From Methanotrichaceae archaeon (GTDB lineage Archaea; Halobacteriota; Methanosarcinia; Methanotrichales; Methanotrichaceae): a DNA stretch of 64,000 bases. Where the stretch lies: contig CAVVKN010000023.1 of NCBI GenBank assembly GCA_963748825.1, positions 1 through 64,000 of the forward strand. The letters run 5' to 3'. The stretch's first letter is position 1; every line of letters starts with the position of its first letter. The notes under the pieces are model-generated. The model made no database searches, was not told where the DNA came from, and saw nothing but the letters and a program-made list of their open reading frames with translations. Below, in pieces: positions 1 through 9,695 of this stretch. The position numbers and the translations under genes are program-made.

Positions 1-7
1 ATCAATT

Positions 8-763
8 CTATGCTCTCTTTATCTTGCCGTCATCCTCTCTCAGATCACAGCCCTCATTGGTGATAAAGCCGCCATCCTTGCGCCTCATCTCACAGACGAT
101 TTTGCCGTCCACTATCCGCAGAATGCGGTCCGTCTTCTCGGCCAGTGTCATGTCATGCGTCACTAAAATGAAGGTCTGGTTGATCTTTCTGTTCAGCTCC
201 CGCAGCAGGTTATAGATGAGATCGGAGGACTTTGTGTCCAGGTTGCCGGTCAGCTCATCGCCTATCACTATGGACGGCCCGTTTGCCAGGGCCCGGGCTA
301 CGGCTACTCGCTGGTTCTGGCCGCCGGAGAGCTGATTGGGCCGGCTGTCCCGCCGATCGGCCAGGCCCACCGCAGACAGGAGTTCCAGGGCCCTCTCTTT
401 GGCAGCTGTGCGGCTCTTCTTGGCGATGAGCATGGGCATCATGACGTTCTCTAGGGCTGAAAACTCCGGGATGAGGTGATGGTACTGAAAGACGAAGCCC
501 AGCTCATGACTGCGAAGCCTCGCCCGTTCCTCCGGGCTGGCCTGGCTGACATCTATCCCTTTGAGAAAGATCTGGCCTCGGCTAGGCGTGTCCAGGAGGC
601 CGATCATATTGAGCAGCGTGCTTTTTCCGCTGCCGCTGGGGCCCACAATGGCCACGAACTCGCCTGCCTTGATTTTGACGCTGACGCCGTCTAAGGCCCG
701 TACCTCTACGCCGTTTCCGTAGATCTTGCTCAGGTCTTTGAGCACAATTATGTCGTCATTCAC
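8..763 (-). CDS. ABC transporter ATP-binding protein, LolD/MacB family
   Basis: Walker A GPSGSGKS, FVFQ Q-loop, LSGGQNQRVAVARAL signature, DELTGNLD, LVTHD H-loop; last gene of the permease operon. Confidence 0.95.
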   Translation of the reverse strand: MNDDIIVLKDLSKIYGNGVEVRALDGVSVKIKAGEFVAIVGPSGSGKSTLLNMIGLLDTPSRGQIFLKGIDVSQASPEERARLRSHELGFVFQYHHLIPEFSALENVMMPMLIAKKSRTAAKERALELLSAVGLADRRDSRPNQLSGGQNQRVAVARALANGPSIVIGDELTGNLDTKSSDLIYNLLRELNRKINQTFILVTHDMTLAEKTDRILRIVDGKIVCEMRRKDGGFITNEGCDLREDDGKIKRA

Positions 764-1913
764 TTGCTATCGCCTCCACGGGATCGAGCCTAGCGGCCGC
801 ATAGGCCGGATAAATTCCGGAGATGAGGTTTAGGGCCAGGGCAAAGATCATGGCGTAGACAAAATACTCCGGACGGGCTACAATAAGCAGCCCCGCTTTG
901 CTGCCCGTGCTTGTTACATCCAGGGGAAGTAGGGATATCAGCCTGGCCAGGCCAAAGCCTAGCAAGCAGCCCAGGGCTCCTGCTGGTACACTGATGAGCA
1001 TGTTCTCCAGCAAGAATATCTTGAGTATGGAGCTTCTATCCGCCCCAATGGCCATGAGGATGCCTATCTCCTTTTTCCGCCTGCTGACCACCATGATCGT
1101 CGTATTAGCTATTACAAATGCCGATATTAATAGTATGAATATGTAGAAGAGCATGTTTGTCACATTTTGATTGCCCACGAATCTGGCTATCTCCTTGCTG
1201 AAGTCCTGCCAGCTGGTGGTTTTATAAGGGCTTTTTCCATTCATCTCAAGGGCCATAGCCGGAGCATTTGTAAAATCCGCTAGCTTCACCCCGATCTCGG
1301 AGACCACATCTCCCTGGCCGATAAGCTCTTGGGCCGTGTTCAATGGGATGTAGACCAGTGTCTCATCTTTGACGGTTCCCTTTTCCAGCAGACCGATGAC
1401 CTTCAGCCGCACGGAATTATTCTTAAAATAGAGGTAAAAATCACCGCCCGGCCTGATCTTGAGGCTCTCTGCCAGCTTCACTCCCAGGATGGCGCCCTTC
1501 TTACTGAATATGAGGTCGGAGAAGTTGCCTGAGATCATGGACCCTTGTACTGCCATGAGCTGATTCTCCTCTAAGGGGTGCACGCCCACAAATTCCACAC
1601 CCTGCACCCGATCCTGGAAACCTGCTGCTCCCTGGCCCACCAGCCGGGGCGAGACTGATAAAACGCCCGGATATTTTGCCATCGTCTCTGAGAGCGTCCG
1701 GTACATATTGATGTAGCTTTCTGTCTTCTTGGGATTGATCATGAGGTGAGGATTTTTCTCTATCGTATTCTCCAGGATCTGAACCCTCACCCCTTCCGTA
1801 AGTCCAAGAGACATGATGATGATGCCTACTGCTATGGCTACGGAGATCATAGTGAAGGCAGTGCCCCTCCGGTTAGTCGCCACATGCCGCCTGGCAATAT
1901 CAAGTTCGAACAT
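756..1913 (-). CDS. ABC transporter permease, LolC/E-MacB/FtsX family
   Basis: N-terminal TM, large extracytoplasmic domain, RRKKEIGILMAIGA motif, three C-terminal TMs, YPAYAAARLDPVEAI terminus. Confidence 0.93.
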   Translation of the reverse strand: MFELDIARRHVATNRRGTAFTMISVAIAVGIIIMSLGLTEGVRVQILENTIEKNPHLMINPKKTESYINMYRTLSETMAKYPGVLSVSPRLVGQGAAGFQDRVQGVEFVGVHPLEENQLMAVQGSMISGNFSDLIFSKKGAILGVKLAESLKIRPGGDFYLYFKNNSVRLKVIGLLEKGTVKDETLVYIPLNTAQELIGQGDVVSEIGVKLADFTNAPAMALEMNGKSPYKTTSWQDFSKEIARFVGNQNVTNMLFYIFILLISAFVIANTTIMVVSRRKKEIGILMAIGADRSSILKIFLLENMLISVPAGALGCLLGFGLARLISLLPLDVTSTGSKAGLLIVARPEYFVYAMIFALALNLISGIYPAYAAARLDPVEAIASE

Positions 1914-1917
1914 ATCC

Positions 1918-3090
1918 TCAGCCGCCCCGCAAGGCCATGACCGGATCGAGCCGGGAGGCTTTTCTTGCCGGATAGACGGCCGCCACTATGCTCAAAGATA
2001 CCGCCCAAAAGACGAGCAAAAGGATCTCCCAGGGATTTATGATAAGGGGCAGAGTGGTAATCTCGCTGCCCCCGGCTGCGATCTCAAAGGGCACATTTCC
2101 AAGAAGCAGCACACCTGCCAGGCCCAGGACAGTTCCGACTGCCGCTCCCATGAGACCCAGGATGGCGCTTTCCACCAGAAAGATATCTCGAATATTCGAT
2201 CTGCTGGCACCCATTGCCATGAGCATGCCGATCTCTCTTGTCTTCTCCACCACGAGCAGGTTCATGATGCTGGCCACGCCAAAAAAGGCCACCACCATAA
2301 AGAGCAGCACCGAGAATCTCGTCCAAAAGCCGCCAATGTTTATAGCCCGCATGATCTCGGGATTGTTCTCCTGCCAGCTTTTGGCATTGTAGCCCCAGGA
2401 GGAGATCTGGGCGGCCAGCTCTTCTGCTTGGCCGATGTCTTGCAGGCTAATCTCGACTGCATTTATCACATCCCCCTTATCTCGGAAATTGCGGGCCGTC
2501 TTCAAGGAGACAAAGGCCACCTTCTCATCCAGAGGCGTGCCGGTAAAAAAGATGCCGGTGACGGTTAGATCTGTTGCTTTGGCCGTGGGAAATGTGGCAG
2601 AAATCTTATCCCCCAGTTTGATATCCAGATTATCTGCTAAGGTACGGCCGATGATGGCATTTCTAGTCTGCTGAATGCTGCCTAAATCGCCCTGCACCAT
2701 TGATGCGCCTATCTTGTAGATCTTGTCCATTTCCTGGGGATCAGATCCCTTCAGCAGAGCGTTTTTGGTCTTGTCTTTGCGAGATAGCGTGGCTGTGGAC
2801 GAGAGGGACAAAGCACTCGATTTTATGCCTGGCAGGGTCCCGATCCTATTCAGCAGGCTCTTATAAAGGTGAATGAAGTCCTCGCCTGGCAGCGGCTTGA
2901 CTACAACATGGGGAAGCTTCTCTTCCACGAGATCGGTAAGGATCTGCTGCTGGCCGGTGACAAGAGAGGTGAAGATAACCGAGATGCTCACAGCCAAGGC
3001 TACGGCCATGATGGACAGTGCAGTCTGGCGCCTTCGGGCGATAATGTGCCTGAAGGCAATTGTCACGGCCAGTGTATCAACTTCGCCCAT
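1918..3090 (-). CDS. ABC transporter permease, LolC/E-MacB/FtsX family
   Basis: EKTREIGMLMAMGA and YPARKASRLDPVMALR motifs; start taken at MGEVDT (3090), the ORF extends to 3138. Confidence 0.92.
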   Translation of the reverse strand: MGEVDTLAVTIAFRHIIARRRQTALSIMAVALAVSISVIFTSLVTGQQQILTDLVEEKLPHVVVKPLPGEDFIHLYKSLLNRIGTLPGIKSSALSLSSTATLSRKDKTKNALLKGSDPQEMDKIYKIGASMVQGDLGSIQQTRNAIIGRTLADNLDIKLGDKISATFPTAKATDLTVTGIFFTGTPLDEKVAFVSLKTARNFRDKGDVINAVEISLQDIGQAEELAAQISSWGYNAKSWQENNPEIMRAINIGGFWTRFSVLLFMVVAFFGVASIMNLLVVEKTREIGMLMAMGASRSNIRDIFLVESAILGLMGAAVGTVLGLAGVLLLGNVPFEIAAGGSEITTLPLIINPWEILLLVFWAVSLSIVAAVYPARKASRLDPVMALRGG

Positions 3091-3140
3091 ATTTTCAGAT
3101 CTCCTTTGCCTCATTCGATCTGGGTTTATTGGATTCAAAA

Positions 3141-4298
3141 TTATTCGCCGATGGCCTCCACCGGATCCAGTCGGGAGGCCTTATAAGCCGGATACAACCC
3201 TGCCAGGAAATTCACCGCCAAAGCAAAGCCCACAGCCAGGGCGAAGGTTTCCGGCGTGAGGAGCACCGTCAGTCTGGAGACCTGATATATGTCGCTGGGG
3301 AGCGGAACCGGATAAGCTTCAATCAGCTTTGCCGTGCCGTAGGCCAAGCCGCAGCCAAAAAGTGCTGCAGGCGGGCCGAGGATCAGGCTTTCCAGAAGGA
3401 ATATCTTTACAATTGACCATCTGGTAGCGCCCATAGCCAATAAAATGCCTATCTCCTTGGTTCTTCGGGTTACAGTCATAATCATGGTATTGGCCACTCC
3501 AAATCCGGCTATTATAAAAATCAAACCATAGAATATGTAGAGTATCACTGTCTGAGTATCCAATACCTGCAAGATGTCCTTGTTTAGCTCCTGCCAGCTT
3601 TCTGCCTTATAAGCCAGGCGTGAATTTAAGTCGGACGCGATCGCCTGCGCGGCGTTGATATCAGAGAGCCGAACTCCTATCTCAGAAACTACGTCTTGCT
3701 GCTCCAATAGCTCCTGGGCGGTATCAAGAGGAAGGTAGACCAAAGTTTCATCCAGGCCCGTTCCTGTCCTTATGAGGCCGACAACCTCCAGATTGAGTGT
3801 CTTATTCTGGCGGGAGAGGGTAAATTTCTGTCCAGGCACAAGCTCCAGCTCTTCCGCAAGCTTTGTTCCCAATACTGCGCCCCTTTTTTTGAATATCAAG
3901 TCGGTGTAGCTGCCCCAGACCATATCTTCTTGCACTCTCTGAAGAAGATCTTCCTCTTGAGGATTGGCCCCTATGAAGCTTACGCCGCGCACTTTGTCCT
4001 TGTGTTTGGCTCCCGCTTTGCCAAGCACGCGTGGAGAGACGGCAACCACCTGTGGGTAGCGCAAAATTATGGTGGAAAGACTTCGGTAAAGGGTGATGTA
4101 ATCCTCATTCTCCTTGGGGCTGACAATCAAATGAGGATTGTTCTCCACCAGGCTACTGACCAGATCGCTCCGATAGCCTTCACTGATGCCCATCATTACT
4201 ACTATCACGGTGATTGCCAGAGCCACGGCCAGGACAGTGAAAAGGACCATCTTGGGGTCGGAGGTGATATGTTTCTTGGCTATTTCCAGCTCGAACAT
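3141..4298 (-). CDS. ABC transporter permease, LolC/E-MacB/FtsX family
   Basis: RRTKEIGILLAMGA and YPAYKASRLDPVEAI motifs; start MFELEIA (4298) parallels MFELDIA of 756..1913. Confidence 0.92.
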   Translation of the reverse strand: MFELEIAKKHITSDPKMVLFTVLAVALAITVIVVMMGISEGYRSDLVSSLVENNPHLIVSPKENEDYITLYRSLSTIILRYPQVVAVSPRVLGKAGAKHKDKVRGVSFIGANPQEEDLLQRVQEDMVWGSYTDLIFKKRGAVLGTKLAEELELVPGQKFTLSRQNKTLNLEVVGLIRTGTGLDETLVYLPLDTAQELLEQQDVVSEIGVRLSDINAAQAIASDLNSRLAYKAESWQELNKDILQVLDTQTVILYIFYGLIFIIAGFGVANTMIMTVTRRTKEIGILLAMGATRWSIVKIFLLESLILGPPAALFGCGLAYGTAKLIEAYPVPLPSDIYQVSRLTVLLTPETFALAVGFALAVNFLAGLYPAYKASRLDPVEAIGE

Positions 4299-4300
4299 GG

Positions 4301-5494
4301 CTATCCCTTCAGGGCAATAACCGGATCCAGCAAGGATGCCTTTCTGGCCGGATAATAACCGGCGGCGATGCTCAGGAGGACGGCCAGGATGGTGAAGAGG
4401 ACAAAGTCTCCGGGATTGAGCGCAATGGGCAGATCCATCATCTCGCCCATAGCGTTTTGTATCTGCACGCCCCGCAGTTGCAGGCAAACCACCAAACCCA
4501 GAGCGCAGCCGAAAATAGCTCCCATAAGGCCCAGGACCCCGCTCTCCAGCAGGAAGAGCCGGCGGATGCTGGCAGGATTGGCGCCCAGAGCCATGAGCAT
4601 GCCAATCTCGCGCGTCTTTTCCGCCACCAGCATATTCATGATGCTGGCGATGCCGAAGGTGGCAATGATCATCAATAGGAGCATGGTTATGGCATTTTGC
4701 GTTTTTTCGAAGGCCAGAGTTCTGACGATGTCCGGGAAAAGCTCTTGCCAGTCTTTAGCGTTATAACCATGAGATCGGAGGGTGGCAGCCGCCGCCTGGG
4801 CCTGGAAGGGGTCGGCCAATTTGATGTCAATGCTCGTCACGACATCTCCCTCGTTTGAAAAGCGCCGGGCAGTATCCTGGGAGACGTAGGCTGCGCCCTC
4901 ATCTACCTGCTTGTAGCCGAAGCTGAAGATGCCCGAGACAACTAGGTTGACGGGAACACTATCCGGAAATTTCGCGGAAACGGTGTCTCCCATCCTTACC
5001 TTGAGTTTTTTGGCCAGGGGCTGGCCCATGACGATCCTCTTGCCGCCCAGGATGGAAGAGACCTCTCCTTGCAGCATATTCTGGGAGATCTGGGTGATCT
5101 TCTCCGCCTCCACTGGATCGATGCCGATCATAGCTACATTTTCGGATTTGTCTTTATAGCTCAGGGTAGCCGCGGCCGCCAGGCTGGGTGAGACGCCTAC
5201 CACACCCGGCAGAGCCCAACAGACGTCCACAATGCCCCGGTAGAGGTGAAGATAATTCTCGCCCTCGGGAGGGCTCACCGTGATGTGAGGCAGGAAGCGG
5301 AAGACGATATCGAAGAGGAAATCGGAAAAGCCATTCTGGATGGAGATGAAGACTATTGAGATGGCCACGGCCAGCGCGACCGCTGCTACGGAGAGGAAGG
5401 TGCGCCATTTGCGAAAGGTTATGTGCCGGCTGACCACGGAGAACTCGAAGCCGGGAAGAAGACCGTTTTTCAAGCCAAAACCTCGGAAGAGCAA
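4301..5494 (-). CDS. ABC transporter permease, LolC/E-MacB/FtsX family
   Basis: EKTREIGMLMALGA and YPARKASLLDPVIALK motifs; exact start uncertain (TTG). Confidence 0.92.
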   Translation of the reverse strand: MLFRGFGLKNGLLPGFEFSVVSRHITFRKWRTFLSVAAVALAVAISIVFISIQNGFSDFLFDIVFRFLPHITVSPPEGENYLHLYRGIVDVCWALPGVVGVSPSLAAAATLSYKDKSENVAMIGIDPVEAEKITQISQNMLQGEVSSILGGKRIVMGQPLAKKLKVRMGDTVSAKFPDSVPVNLVVSGIFSFGYKQVDEGAAYVSQDTARRFSNEGDVVTSIDIKLADPFQAQAAAATLRSHGYNAKDWQELFPDIVRTLAFEKTQNAITMLLLMIIATFGIASIMNMLVAEKTREIGMLMALGANPASIRRLFLLESGVLGLMGAIFGCALGLVVCLQLRGVQIQNAMGEMMDLPIALNPGDFVLFTILAVLLSIAAGYYPARKASLLDPVIALKG

Positions 5495-5961
5495 TTAGGT
5501 TTTCATCAGTTATCAAGCTGCTGGAGGCTTTTCCTCTGCAAACTGCGCAGTAGTCTTTCGGGGACAGATGTCTTAAGCTTTCTCTTAAGGTCATCTATCC
5601 GTCCATGGCCTCGATGCGCCGCTGCAAGTCGGTCCTCTCGTGAGGGCGTGCCAACTTTCGGGGAGCTTTTTATAAAGAGCGATTTGCTCACTCAAGAGGG
5701 GGCTGTGCTTGTGGAGGAAATGCATTCTGCCAAATCCGACGAAAATACATCATCATTTCAAATATAAATCGTTAATTCAACGCCAATTAATTCCTGCACC
5801 GTGGGCCGGCCCAGCAAAGAGACTGCCATATCCGAAAGACCCATACGCGGTGACGCACAAGTGATCGGTCAGATTTCTCAAAAATAGAAGAAAGATGGAA
5901 AAGCCTTTTCAGGCCATTTTTCCGCTGTTGCTTTCTACATTTTTCCAATTACTGCAATTAC

Positions 5962-6561
5962 TTAAGCCGGAGGCAGAACCTGGCCGCCCTGAGCCATTGG
6001 GGCAGACTGAGCCGGAGCCATAGCCTCACCCTTCACTACTCGCAGGCTGGAAAGCAAGCCCTCCGTTACATCCTGCGGGAATGTAGAGGTAATGATGACA
6101 CTGGTCGTGCCTACAGATACGGGTCCGCATTCGCAGCCCTGACTGTCCAGCCAATACGTGGCTCGATAGACCATGCTGGGAGCTCCAACGTTAACCTCGA
6201 AAGGCGCACTTGTAACTAAAAAGCCTTCCTTCCCGTCAATTGTCTTATCTTCGACATTTGTGACATTGAGGCCCTGGAGCATCATGCTCATCGGTATCAG
6301 GCTCTTAAAAACCTGCAGAGTGGCATCTGTCGGCTCGGCGTACTCCGTTATGCCGATTGCGGCATAGGTGGAGTTGTCGACGAATAAACGCATCTGGTAG
6401 GCGTTGGCAGTCTCCGTTTCAACGGGCTGGGCATTTTGAGCCTGATAATTGGCATTTAGATCAAACGACACTGTGTAAGGGCCGAGCTGCTGGCTATCCG
6501 GCACGGCAATCGCTATGGCCGACAGCATCAGCACTATGGTTGCTGCTAATAATAACTTCAT
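5962..6561 (-). CDS. Secreted hypothetical protein
   Basis: Signal-peptide-like N-terminus MKLLLAATIVLMLSAIAIA; coherent 199-aa ORF; TATA-like sequence upstream. Confidence 0.8.
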   Translation of the reverse strand: MKLLLAATIVLMLSAIAIAVPDSQQLGPYTVSFDLNANYQAQNAQPVETETANAYQMRLFVDNSTYAAIGITEYAEPTDATLQVFKSLIPMSMMLQGLNVTNVEDKTIDGKEGFLVTSAPFEVNVGAPSMVYRATYWLDSQGCECGPVSVGTTSVIITSTFPQDVTEGLLSSLRVVKGEAMAPAQSAPMAQGGQVLPPA

Positions 6562-6692
6562 TTAATTTTCACCCTAAGCTATTTACCACTTCATACTAGA
6601 AAAGTCTTGCTTTGATATGCCACTCGTATATTTCCTCCACGATTCCTCTATAAAGCATCAAGCTCAAATATCCGCCATCCCGAGGACTAGGC

Positions 6693-7124
6693 ATGCAGCC
6701 GCAGAGAAATGAGCCCGGAATTTATACACTTATACTTTCTTTGCCGCAGGCAGGGCAGATAAAGGTCGGATCCCTGGGCGTTATGGACTTTGCTGGAGGC
6801 TTCTATTCTTACACCGGCTCGGCGCGAGGGGTTGGCGGCCTCAAGAGGGTGGACCGCCACATACAGGTATTGGAAGGCATCAAAACAACACGAAGGTGGC
6901 ACATCGATTACCTCTTGCCTAATACCTGCTTCCTGGAGGTATTCATCAGCAAAACCTGCCTGGATCTGGAGTGCTGCATCGCAAAAGCTATCGGAAAGCG
7001 ACTCATGCCCATGCCGGGCTTCGGCTGCACGGATTGCCGCTGCATGAGCCACCTGCACTATTCCCCGGACCTTGGAGAGATGCGAGAGGCGGTCGCATCG
7101 GCTCACGACGCGGCCATGATCTGA
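6693..7124 (+). CDS. GIY-YIG (Uri/DUF123-type) nuclease family protein
   Basis: GIYTL...YSYTGSA, RWHIDYLL and FGCTDCRCMSHL motifs typical of archaeal DUF123. Confidence 0.85.
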   Translation: MQPQRNEPGIYTLILSLPQAGQIKVGSLGVMDFAGGFYSYTGSARGVGGLKRVDRHIQVLEGIKTTRRWHIDYLLPNTCFLEVFISKTCLDLECCIAKAIGKRLMPMPGFGCTDCRCMSHLHYSPDLGEMREAVASAHDAAMI

Positions 7125-7133
7125 AGGCGCTCT

Positions 7134-7781
7134 TCACGGGCAGGGTAAGGTCAAAACTGAGGTATTTCCCGCAATCGTTTCCGATCTTATCTGCGCGTAG
7201 CCCATGTACGTTCCGCCCATCATAAAGGACGGCACGGTCTTGGCATTCTTCTGCACCCGTTGGCCGATCCTGGCAGTCCCCTGGATCTCGGAGCTGATCT
7301 CATAAACGGAGAAGCTATCGTTCTGGTAAATCTTCGTATCCTTTATGAGGTCTTTGTCGATGTTGTAGGACTCAGAAAAGACCGAGCCCACCTCGTAATT
7401 CTTGGCGCAGAGAGCATTTCTAAGGTCGCTTTGGGTGAGGGGGGGAGTGTAGGGCCGGTAATCATAATTGGAAGAGATGGTGAGCGATGCCTCGTCCATA
7501 CTCGAGTCCCGGTAGACCTCTGAGTCTATGGTTCTGGTGGCCATTCCGCTTCCGCTCGTGCCCAGGACCATCTTCTGGCCGTTAAAGCCGGTCTGGGTCT
7601 GCAGAATCCTCGACTCTTCCATGTAGCCGTTGACGAATATCCAGGAATGCTCAGTGAAGTTCTGAGCTAATCGATCATTTGTCGATGTGTCCGTGGCAGC
7701 AGCATCATCTGCGTTTACAGCAGCCATATTGGCAGCGATGCAAGCAAAAACCAACAGCATCGCGAAAAGCATCCATCTCAT
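7134..7781 (-). CDS. Secreted hypothetical protein
   Basis: Signal peptide [24 protein letters not shown]; Ser/Thr-rich, beta-type body. Confidence 0.75.
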   Translation of the reverse strand: MRWMLFAMLLVFACIAANMAAVNADDAAATDTSTNDRLAQNFTEHSWIFVNGYMEESRILQTQTGFNGQKMVLGTSGSGMATRTIDSEVYRDSSMDEASLTISSNYDYRPYTPPLTQSDLRNALCAKNYEVGSVFSESYNIDKDLIKDTKIYQNDSFSVYEISSEIQGTARIGQRVQKNAKTVPSFMMGGTYMGYAQIRSETIAGNTSVLTLPCP

Positions 7782-7866
7782 CTTTGCGCCTCACCCACTT
7801 GCAGATAGGCAATGGCGCATTGAAATATAAATGTGATCCTGCATCAAAACCCAGAAAAAGGTCTCC

Positions 7867-8020
7867 CGCACGCTCTGGCAGCAGGGCCCAAAGAATAGTA
7901 GCCATCCCCGCCTATGCTCTGCAAGGTGATAGCAAGCGGTGTCTTGAGGCAGGCATGGACGGCTACATCAGCAAGCCCGTGATGAATGGAGGAGCTGGCC
8001 GAGGCGCTGAGGGATATGGG
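7867..8020 (+). pseudogene. Relic of a response-regulator receiver domain (C-terminal half)
   Basis: Reads RTLWQQGPK / [30 protein letters not shown] / [12 protein letters not shown] across two +1 frameshifts; matches [30 protein letters not shown] of the kinase at 59524..62943. Confidence 0.8.
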
Positions 8021-8060
8021 CGGGCGGCGAACCTGACGATCATCTCTTCACCAGCATCCA

Positions 8061-8699
8061 TCAATCGATCAGAAGCAATGCCATGGGCGTAGGATTTCCC
8101 GAAACGGGGAACTTTATGGCCATGCCTGCCTCTTCTGCCGTCTTTTTCATATTGACTCCCACAGCATGCTCCGGAATCCTGGCCATGGTTGGATGAACGC
8201 ATACGCCATTCTTTACATTGCAGTTCTCACACAGGCGACAAGAGCCGTTCGTCAGTGCCAATGCCAACGTATAGCCGGCATTGAACGCCATCTTCTCCAG
8301 CTCCAGCATGACCAGCAATATCCGATTGTTATCGCTAAGGTACTCTTTCCAGAAAGTATCCGCTTTCTCTTTCTTCTCAGGAGGGGCATCCGGATCGAGC
8401 CAGTACTTGTAGATGGAGCAGATGATATCCGGCTCGGTATTGGCGGGAGAGCTGAACTTCACCAGCAATGCGTACCTGTATTCGGACAATATCTTTCTGA
8501 ATTCGTCTGCGGTGGGCACAAAGGGCGGGCAGGTCAGCTTTTTGCCATAGCCGATGCACCCGGTTCTGCATTTCAAAGGAACCCGGTTTTCTACAAATAC
8601 CTGGGAAGCAGAAATGGCCTTGGCATCAATCGCGCCCAGATCCTTGGCTGCCTTTTCCAGAAAGGCAAATCGACTCAGTTCACTTTCATCCGATTCCAT
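8061..8699 (-). CDS. DUF2284-type predicted metal-binding protein
   Basis: [20 protein letters not shown] and GSCRLCENC...[17 protein letters not shown] Cys motifs; start taken at MESDES, the ORF extends to 8747. Confidence 0.85.
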   Translation of the reverse strand: MESDESELSRFAFLEKAAKDLGAIDAKAISASQVFVENRVPLKCRTGCIGYGKKLTCPPFVPTADEFRKILSEYRYALLVKFSSPANTEPDIICSIYKYWLDPDAPPEKKEKADTFWKEYLSDNNRILLVMLELEKMAFNAGYTLALALTNGSCRLCENCNVKNGVCVHPTMARIPEHAVGVNMKKTAEEAGMAIKFPVSGNPTPMALLLID

Positions 8700-8834
8700 G
8701 TCTATCCGTCCATGGGTCTGGGTTATCAGCTTTTTCTTTGTTATCAAGATTTACAAATTTATAGAATACTTTTGGACAGATCGGTCATATTGATATGCTA
8801 TGGATCCCTTAAATCTAGTCGTGAGGAATAGACG

Positions 8835-9686
8835 ATGAGATGGATTATTACTATTAGTATCTGTTTTATTGTATCCGTCCTATTATCTATGGGGGGATCT
8901 ATAGGCCAATCAGATGATGTTGTAGGTCCTTGGGCATTCAGAGGTGACCTCCCCATCGCAGGTGACTTCAATGGAGATTGGGTAAAGGATGATGTAGCTG
9001 TGTTCAGGCCAACAGAGCGCAATTGGTACTTTGACTATTTCAGGGATGGAACCACCGATAGAAAGATGGGACCTTGGGGCAACCGTGGGGATCTGCCTAT
9101 CGCAGGCGACTTTGATAGCGATGGCTGTGCGGATGATGTCGCCGTATTCAGGCCATCAGACCGGGGCTGGTACTTTGACTACGATGCAAACGGAGATACC
9201 AATAAAGTCATAAAACCGTGGGGTCTTCAAGACGATCTTCCTTTAGCTGGTGATTTTGATAGCGATGGCTATTATGACGATGTTGGCGTATTCAGGCCAT
9301 CAGAAACCAAGTGGTATTTTGACTATGATGCCACAGGGAATACGGATAAAGAAATAGCACATTGGGGCTGGTCAGGAGATTTGCCAATTCCGAATGCTGC
9401 TGATTTCGAAGGTTCTGGCGATTATGATAACGATATCGGGGTGTTCCGGCCTTCAGTGAAACAGTGGTTCTTTGATTTTAATGCTGATGGGAATACTAAT
9501 CATGATTTTATCTACGGTTGGCCGGGGGATCTCCCCATCGCAGGCGACTTCGATCGAGATGGATGGAACAATGACATAGGGGTTTTCAGACCTTCTGAGA
9601 GGAAATGGTATTACAAATATCTACATTTAGGAAAGAGCTTGCCGGGAATGACTGGTGGTGCGACTCCTGGATATGTAAATTCCTAG
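8835..9686 (+). CDS. Secreted FG-GAP/VCBS-like repeat protein (five ~48-aa repeats)
   Basis: Signal peptide, then five copies of W-G-x-x-GDLPIAGDFDxDGxxDD(V/I)xVFRPSxxxWYFDY. Confidence 0.85.
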   Translation: MRWIITISICFIVSVLLSMGGSIGQSDDVVGPWAFRGDLPIAGDFNGDWVKDDVAVFRPTERNWYFDYFRDGTTDRKMGPWGNRGDLPIAGDFDSDGCADDVAVFRPSDRGWYFDYDANGDTNKVIKPWGLQDDLPLAGDFDSDGYYDDVGVFRPSETKWYFDYDATGNTDKEIAHWGWSGDLPIPNAADFEGSGDYDNDIGVFRPSVKQWFFDFNADGNTNHDFIYGWPGDLPIAGDFDRDGWNNDIGVFRPSERKWYYKYLHLGKSLPGMTGGATPGYVNS

Positions 9687-9695
9687 GCAAAGCAT

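Noticed and set aside
4299-4487. N-terminal extension of the permease at 3141..4487
   Set aside because: It overlaps the upstream permease; the paralog comparison supports the start at 4298.
8920-9620. Periodic ~144-bp nucleotide repeats as a possible CRISPR array
   Set aside because: They are degenerate coding repeats of the FG-GAP-like protein, not identical repeats with unique spacers; no cas genes.
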